A stretch of 63,691 bases of DNA, the filler included, from Myxococcota bacterium (GTDB lineage: Bacteria; Myxococcota_C; UBA6777), in assembly GCA_023150835.1 (NCBI GenBank). It is 3 parts of 3 records of this genome, joined end to end, with 100 filler letters (N's around TTAATTAATTAA, not from the genome) between each part and the next. Parts side by side here need not be neighbours in the genome. Positions count along the whole stretch, not along the records: positions 48,548 to 63,691 come from JAKLKB010000152.1; 2 more parts are not named here. One strand, written 5' to 3'. Shown here piece after piece: positions 58,790-63,691 of this stretch. The notes beneath the pieces were generated by a model. The model ran no database searches, was not told the origin of the DNA, and saw only the letters and a list, made by a program, of their open reading frames with translations. The position numbers were made by a program, and so were the translations under genes. Numbering within the stretch: position 1 is the first letter of the stretch; every line of letters starts with the position of its first letter.

Positions 58790-60444
58790 GCCGGTCTGAT
58801 GGGCTTTTTAATTGACGGCGCACCTTGCTCTTGAACGGGCTGTGTCGGCAACATCCCCGATCCCTTTTGTTGCGTGCGTTGGTACCATTGCCACCCCAAC
58901 AACCCCATCCCCCCCAACAAGATCCCGAGCAACAAAGCCCACACCAAGGTCTTCCAAGAAGACGCGACGGTCGGAGCGGTGGGATGGCCTTGGGCGGTGG
59001 GATGGCCTTGGGCGGTGGGATGGCCTTGGGTGGTGGGAGACGGGCTGCGCGCAGGCAAAGGCGGTAGGGGCGTGATCTTTGACTGCGCGAGCAAACTCAC
59101 ATGGCCACCCGAGCCTTTTTGCGACCATGCAGCGCGGACTTGCTCGGATTCATTGCGACCGATCAGCATGGTATCGAGGTTGGGATCACCGCCTGCGGCT
59201 TCTTGTGGGATATCGGCTGTTTCAACCACAGTATGCGAGACTTCGTCGTCTGCGTCGTCTGCGTGGGCGACAGAAAAAGACGGAGCGGGAGCCTTGGCGC
59301 GGGACTGGAAACTGTGGCTCTGTTCGACGGGTGGGGAGGTGGGCGGGTAAGACATACTGCTCGGAGTATCGACCGCTTCCGCCCCCGCCCCCGCAAAATA
59401 GCCGTAAGACGCACTTGCGGCACCGTACATCGGCGCAGGCGTCGACTGGGACGCATAGCCCGGCCCCACAGCGTCCCATGCTCCCGAAGGCATTTTTTCG
59501 TACTGGGCTGCTGTCTCAAACAAACGATAAAAGTCGGCAGCATGGGCTGGACGGCCTTCTTTTTCTTTCGCAAGCGAACTGAGGATCAACGCTTCCATCT
59601 GCGCCGAAAAAGGGCGACCCATGCTCGAAAGCGTGGGGGGTTCTTTTTTGACGTGCATATACAACAAGCGCGCCAACTGTTTGGACTCAAAAGGCAACCG
59701 ACCCGTCAACAGCCAAAACACCATCACACCGAGCGAATACAGATCAGAGCGCGCATCGACTTCGCTATGACGGCCTCGCGCTTGTTCGGGACTCATAAAG
59801 CGAGGCGATCCGACGATCTGCCCTGTCACGGTCATCTGCTCGCCGCCTTCGGCTTGCAGGACTTTGGCGATCCCAAAATCAAGGATCTTGACGATATCAT
59901 CTTGCTCGAAACGCTTGATCAGCAGGATATTCGAGGGTTTGAGATCGCGGTGAACGATCATCAACGAATGGGCGCGCTGCAAGGCAGAACAGATCTGGCG
60001 GAGTATCGGCAACAAGCGAGATATCGGCATCCCGTTGGGATAGGCGCGCATCGCATCGGAAAGCGATTCTCCATCAAGGAATTCCATGATGTAAAAAAAG
60101 CCGAGGGCGTCATCGTAGCCAAAGTCGTAGATCTGAACGACATTCTCATGATTGATCTGACTACAGACTTGGGCTTCTCGGCGAAATCGCCCCACCAACT
60201 GCTCGTCTGTAATAAACTTTTTGCGCAGGATCTTGACCGCTGCAAAGTTGCCTTCGAGTTCTGTGTGGCTGGCGAGATAAACAACTCCAAACCCCCCCTT
60301 ACCGATGGGCTTGATCAGACGATAGCGCCCCACTTGGTGGCCCAAATAAGCGTCGTCAGAGGTCGTAAGTTGCGCGTGATCCACCGAACAATAGTATGTT
60401 TCTTCGGGATAACGGCGACCGCAAGTAGGACAGATCATGGCCAT
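58786..60444 (-). CDS. membrane Ser/Thr kinase with N-terminal Zn ribbon
   Basis: CPTC..CSVD, IGKGGFG, HRDLKPSN, DFG; (QGHPTA)x3; TM. Confidence 0.92.
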   Translation of the reverse strand: MAMICPTCGRRYPEETYYCSVDHAQLTTSDDAYLGHQVGRYRLIKPIGKGGFGVVYLASHTELEGNFAAVKILRKKFITDEQLVGRFRREAQVCSQINHENVVQIYDFGYDDALGFFYIMEFLDGESLSDAMRAYPNGMPISRLLPILRQICSALQRAHSLMIVHRDLKPSNILLIKRFEQDDIVKILDFGIAKVLQAEGGEQMTVTGQIVGSPRFMSPEQARGRHSEVDARSDLYSLGVMVFWLLTGRLPFESKQLARLLYMHVKKEPPTLSSMGRPFSAQMEALILSSLAKEKEGRPAHAADFYRLFETAAQYEKMPSGAWDAVGPGYASQSTPAPMYGAASASYGYFAGAGAEAVDTPSSMSYPPTSPPVEQSHSFQSRAKAPAPSFSVAHADDADDEVSHTVVETADIPQEAAGGDPNLDTMLIGRNESEQVRAAWSQKGSGGHVSLLAQSKITPLPPLPARSPSPTTQGHPTAQGHPTAQGHPTAPTVASSWKTLVWALLLGILLGGMGLLGWQWYQRTQQKGSGMLPTQPVQEQGAPSIKKPIRPA

Positions 60445-60708
60445 AATGAATGCTCGCGATCACGCAGTCCGACGCGATCGCATTCCTCCTTCCTTAACCA
60501 AGGCGCTCCCTCAAAACAAAGGCATCCAAAACAGGCGTCCCACCTTGACGCTCCAAGCCCATAAACCAACCAGCGTTGGGCTTGGAGATCTGTCGATCTT
60601 GCGGAAGCAAGGACCTTTTCTGGCCCACAAACCAAAAACGGCTCGATTCGTCCACAAGCCAAAAACGGCTCGATAGTATCACCTTTCCACTCCAAGGCAA
60701 AGATTTTC

Positions 60709-61464
60709 TCAACGACAACACCCCGCAACACAGCTTGTGTAGCCTCGATTTTGGCAATCACTTTCAAGCACACACGCCAACGTCTGACAGGTGGGGCCTT
60801 GGCTTTGGACGCGGCACACGCCCGAAGTGCAGGCCCCGTTGCAAGAAAGACAATCCGCATTGGACTGACAGACTTTGCTTTGACAAGCATCTCCTGCGAT
60901 CTTCTGACAGCGGCCCATCTCGCAAAGCAAGCTACATGCGCTGCAATCACTCGCTTTTGTACACGGCATCCCGATCTGGCAAGAGCTTGTTGCAGAACAA
61001 TTGCCTGCATTGGGGTTGCAACAGGCTTGTTCGCGGCAGAGATACCCCGCCAAACAATCGTTGTCTTGCGTGCATACCTTGCGCAGCTCACACACGCGCA
61101 CACTCCCGCTACCCGTGCAGATCCAGCCTCGGCCACAGTCGCTATCGCTTTGACAGGTCCGGATATCTCGTTTGTAGCAGACGCAATTCCCGCAGCCTTC
61201 GTAAGGGTAGTTGCAATCTGCGTCGTCTTTGCAGGCGCAGGTTTTTTCTGGGAGAGCTTCTTGGGTCGCCTTGCATCGACCTTCACAGGTCCCCAGATTG
61301 GCGTAGCATTCGGGCTTGTCGAATACACAACTCATCCCCGCACCACACTCATAACCATGCGAGCAAACACCGGGTTCTTGGGAAGGCAACACACAATGCA
61401 CCACACTCCACCACACCAACACCAAACCGCCCCACACGCCCATCATCCGCAACATACTTGTCAT
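60709..61464 (-). CDS. Cys-rich secreted protein or lipoprotein
   Basis: signal peptide; repeated CxxDxDC units; start approximate. Confidence 0.7.
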   Translation of the reverse strand: MTSMLRMMGVWGGLVLVWWSVVHCVLPSQEPGVCSHGYECGAGMSCVFDKPECYANLGTCEGRCKATQEALPEKTCACKDDADCNYPYEGCGNCVCYKRDIRTCQSDSDCGRGWICTGSGSVRVCELRKVCTQDNDCLAGYLCREQACCNPNAGNCSATSSCQIGMPCTKASDCSACSLLCEMGRCQKIAGDACQSKVCQSNADCLSCNGACTSGVCRVQSQGPTCQTLACVLESDCQNRGYTSCVAGCCR

Positions 61465-61708
61465 CACCCTATCCTTTTCTCTTCCCAAAGCACCCTATGC
61501 TCGGCTATTTGCACTCTGTTCTCGGAGAAAAACTAGCCCGTCACGTCCAGCAAAGCTATGCTTCTCCTGTGCAAAGCACAAGGAACCCACAAAAAACAAG
61601 CGTTGTCTCGCTTTTTGTGCGCTGTCTTTCACAGGCCCAAACGAACGGCCAAACAGCCAAAGCCCAAACGACCTGCGCTGTTGATCACCCATCCCAAAGG
61701 AGCTTCCC

Positions 61709-62875
61709 TTGTCAGCATCGACCCTTGCCCCTGCGTGCCGCGCAGGGGATCGCGTAGCCATCGTCGCCCCAGCGGGGCCCTTTTCGCACGAACACCTGTT
61801 GCGCGGCTGTGCTTTGTTGCGTGCGTGGTCGCTTGAGCCTGTGTTTGATCCTGCGATCCTCGCACGATGGGGCTACCTTGCGGGACAAGACGATCTGCGT
61901 GCGCGTCTATTGACCGAAGCATGGGAAGATCCTTCGGTGCGTGCCATCCTCTGTGCGCGAGGTGGCTACGGCTCAATGCGTCTGCTCGATCGCCTTCCGA
62001 CGCAGAGATTTGCCCAGCACCCCAAGCGCTTCTTTGGTTTTAGCGACATCACGTTGCTGTTAAACGCGCTGGTTCGGGACGCGGGGCTGATCAGCTTTCA
62101 CAGCCCGATGATCGCAAGTCCCTTGTTTTTTGAGGGTTCGCCTGCAAGCCAAGACGCGCTCAAACAGGCCCTTTTTGGCGAGACCCTTTCGGATATCTAT
62201 GCGCCGCTTTTGGGAACGTGGGTACAAGGAAGCCGTCAGACGGGGCGTTTGTTGGGAGGCAATCTTTCCTTGATCGCTTCAGCCATCGGCACACCTTGGG
62301 AGATCACCGATCAGCCGATCATCTTGTTGCTTGAAGAAGTTAGCGAACCACCCTACCGCATCGATCGGATGCTCCAACAGCTCCGATACAGCGGCTTTTT
62401 GGAGCGTGTCGTCGGGATCGCCCTCGGTGATATGGGCGCTTATCAAGACCAGTACCAACGCTACACCACCCAAGAGATGTGGCTCGAACGCTTGGCGTTG
62501 CCCCCAACATGCGCGTTGCTTTGTGACCTTCCGATCGGCCATATCGACGATCACCGCAGCGTTCCCTTGGGAGCGTGGATGACCCTTGACCCACAAGAGG
62601 CCAGTCTTCGCATCGCAAACGCCCAAGAGATCGCAAACGCCCAAGAGATCGCGAACGCCCAAGAGATCGCGAACGCCCAAGAGATCGCGAACGCCCAAGA
62701 GATCGCGAACGCCCAAGAGATCGCGAACGCCCGAGACAGCAACAACACCCGAGACAGCAACGACATCCGCAAGGGCCAAGCCGCTCACTTTTCGGATCCC
62801 AGCGAAGCGAGCCACGCGAGTCCATCGGATCCTTCGGAACCATCGCCCCATTCAACACAAAGGAGGCGCAGATGA
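61709..62875 (+). CDS. ldcA: LD-carboxypeptidase (peptidase S66)
   Basis: RGGYG, GFSDIT, GGNL, LEEV.E, PIGH; C-terminal repeat extension. Confidence 0.9.
   Translation: MSASTLAPACRAGDRVAIVAPAGPFSHEHLLRGCALLRAWSLEPVFDPAILARWGYLAGQDDLRARLLTEAWEDPSVRAILCARGGYGSMRLLDRLPTQRFAQHPKRFFGFSDITLLLNALVRDAGLISFHSPMIASPLFFEGSPASQDALKQALFGETLSDIYAPLLGTWVQGSRQTGRLLGGNLSLIASAIGTPWEITDQPIILLLEEVSEPPYRIDRMLQQLRYSGFLERVVGIALGDMGAYQDQYQRYTTQEMWLERLALPPTCALLCDLPIGHIDDHRSVPLGAWMTLDPQEASLRIANAQEIANAQEIANAQEIANAQEIANAQEIANAQEIANARDSNNTRDSNDIRKGQAAHFSDPSEASHASPSDPSEPSPHSTQRRRR
62612..62733. repeat. 18-bp in-frame tandem repeat (IANAQE) x ~7
   Basis: ATCGC(A/G)AACGCCCAAGAG units. Confidence 0.95.
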
Positions 62876-63468
62876 TCGCCGAGCGCTTTTATGCGATGCG
62901 CCACGGCGCAAGCGAAGCCAACCTTGCAGGGAAAGTGCAAGGCATCGAAGATATCCCGCTGGCGGTACGCGGAGAGCGCGAAGCGTTGGCCTCTGCCAAA
63001 GCCCTCGAAGCAGCGGGGATTACACACATCTACGCATCCCCGCTTCAGCGGGCCTTTCGGACTGCCGAGATCGTCGCGCAGCATCTGGGCCTTTCGGTCC
63101 GCTCGCTCGACGGATTGCGCGCTCGAAACCTCGGGACATGGGCCTTGAAACCCAGCAGCGAGATCAAAGCCGCGTGGGCGGATCACCAACATCCTTTTCG
63201 CAGCGATCCGCACTTTGCTCCGCCGGGCGGCGAGAGCCTTTACGACAGCGAGCAACGGCTTTGGCAAGCCGTCGATCCGATCCTTGCTGAACCTGCGAGA
63301 ATCCCGCTGTTTGTGACACATCTCGTCGCCACAGGCGCGCTTGTCCAACGCTTCTTTGGGCAACGTCCCGCTTTTCATAACGCCGAGGTCTGGGTGCTCT
63401 TTCCTCAACAACGTTCTGCGCGCTTGTTCTTCCGCCCCGAGGGAGATCTGCTCATGGGCAACGAATAA
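62872..63468 (+). CDS. histidine phosphatase (phosphoglycerate mutase family)
   Basis: RHG, SPLQRA..TA, PGGES, VTH. Confidence 0.88.
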   Translation: MIAERFYAMRHGASEANLAGKVQGIEDIPLAVRGEREALASAKALEAAGITHIYASPLQRAFRTAEIVAQHLGLSVRSLDGLRARNLGTWALKPSSEIKAAWADHQHPFRSDPHFAPPGGESLYDSEQRLWQAVDPILAEPARIPLFVTHLVATGALVQRFFGQRPAFHNAEVWVLFPQQRSARLFFRPEGDLLMGNE

Positions 63469-63540
63469 GAGGGGGTTTTGTATGCCGCCCCCCATCGAAA
63501 AACGATCGACGAGATCCGCCCGTTGAGTTATCGTAAAGAG

Positions 63541-63650
63541 GTAGGGGCAGCCCCCATAGGCGTTAGGTTAAGGTGAAAACCTCGTAGAGTCGGTCTTGAT
63601 CGCCTTTTCTTTTGTTCTCCCCCCCTCAATCCCCCCGTGAACGGGGGGAA
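63541..63650. repeat. REP-like motif and GC hairpin
   Basis: GTAGGGGCAGCCCCC; TCCCCCCGTGAACGGGGGGA. Confidence 0.55.
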
Positions 63651-63691
63651 GTTGGAACGGGCAGCGTCTGCATTTCGTGCATACAGCGTGC

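Overview
The window has three contig segments (1-24523, 24624-48447, 48548-63691) joined by N-padded TTAATTAATTAA linkers, so adjacency across the gaps is not established. Ser/Thr kinases, Cys-rich lipoproteins and a MYXO-CTERM-like tail suggest a Myxococcota-like bacterium (inference). Segment 1 holds a ceramidase-like protein, an EndoQ-UvrD fusion with degenerate active sites, a LonC-like protease and tRNA-Leu(GAG). It also holds a nine-gene type III-D CRISPR-Cas effector operon: HD-less Cas10 with intact GGDD, two Cas11-like genes, and no array, cas6, cas1/2 or CARF effector in view. A decayed DUF262-HipA pair follows that operon. Segment 2 holds an IS1634 remnant and an integrase-less integron-type cassette array (attI-like site, MerC-GDCCVxC cassette, attC, truncated NERD-like cassette). 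It also holds a caspase-fold candidate, surface proteins, UbiA, two kinases, PAP2, an HTH-PIN toxin-antitoxin pair between 65-bp direct repeats, metG and a DUF559 protein. Segment 3 holds a Bacteroidota-like trpEGDCFBA operon with two odd Trp-containing mini-ORFs, a dead-amidase/kinase cluster, an LD-carboxypeptidase and a His-phosphatase. Two dispersed repeat families recur: a ~113-bp REP-carrying MITE with 3-bp TNA target duplications that often sits on stop codons, and a ~115-bp structured repeat. All calls come from motif recognition by eye; no searches were run.
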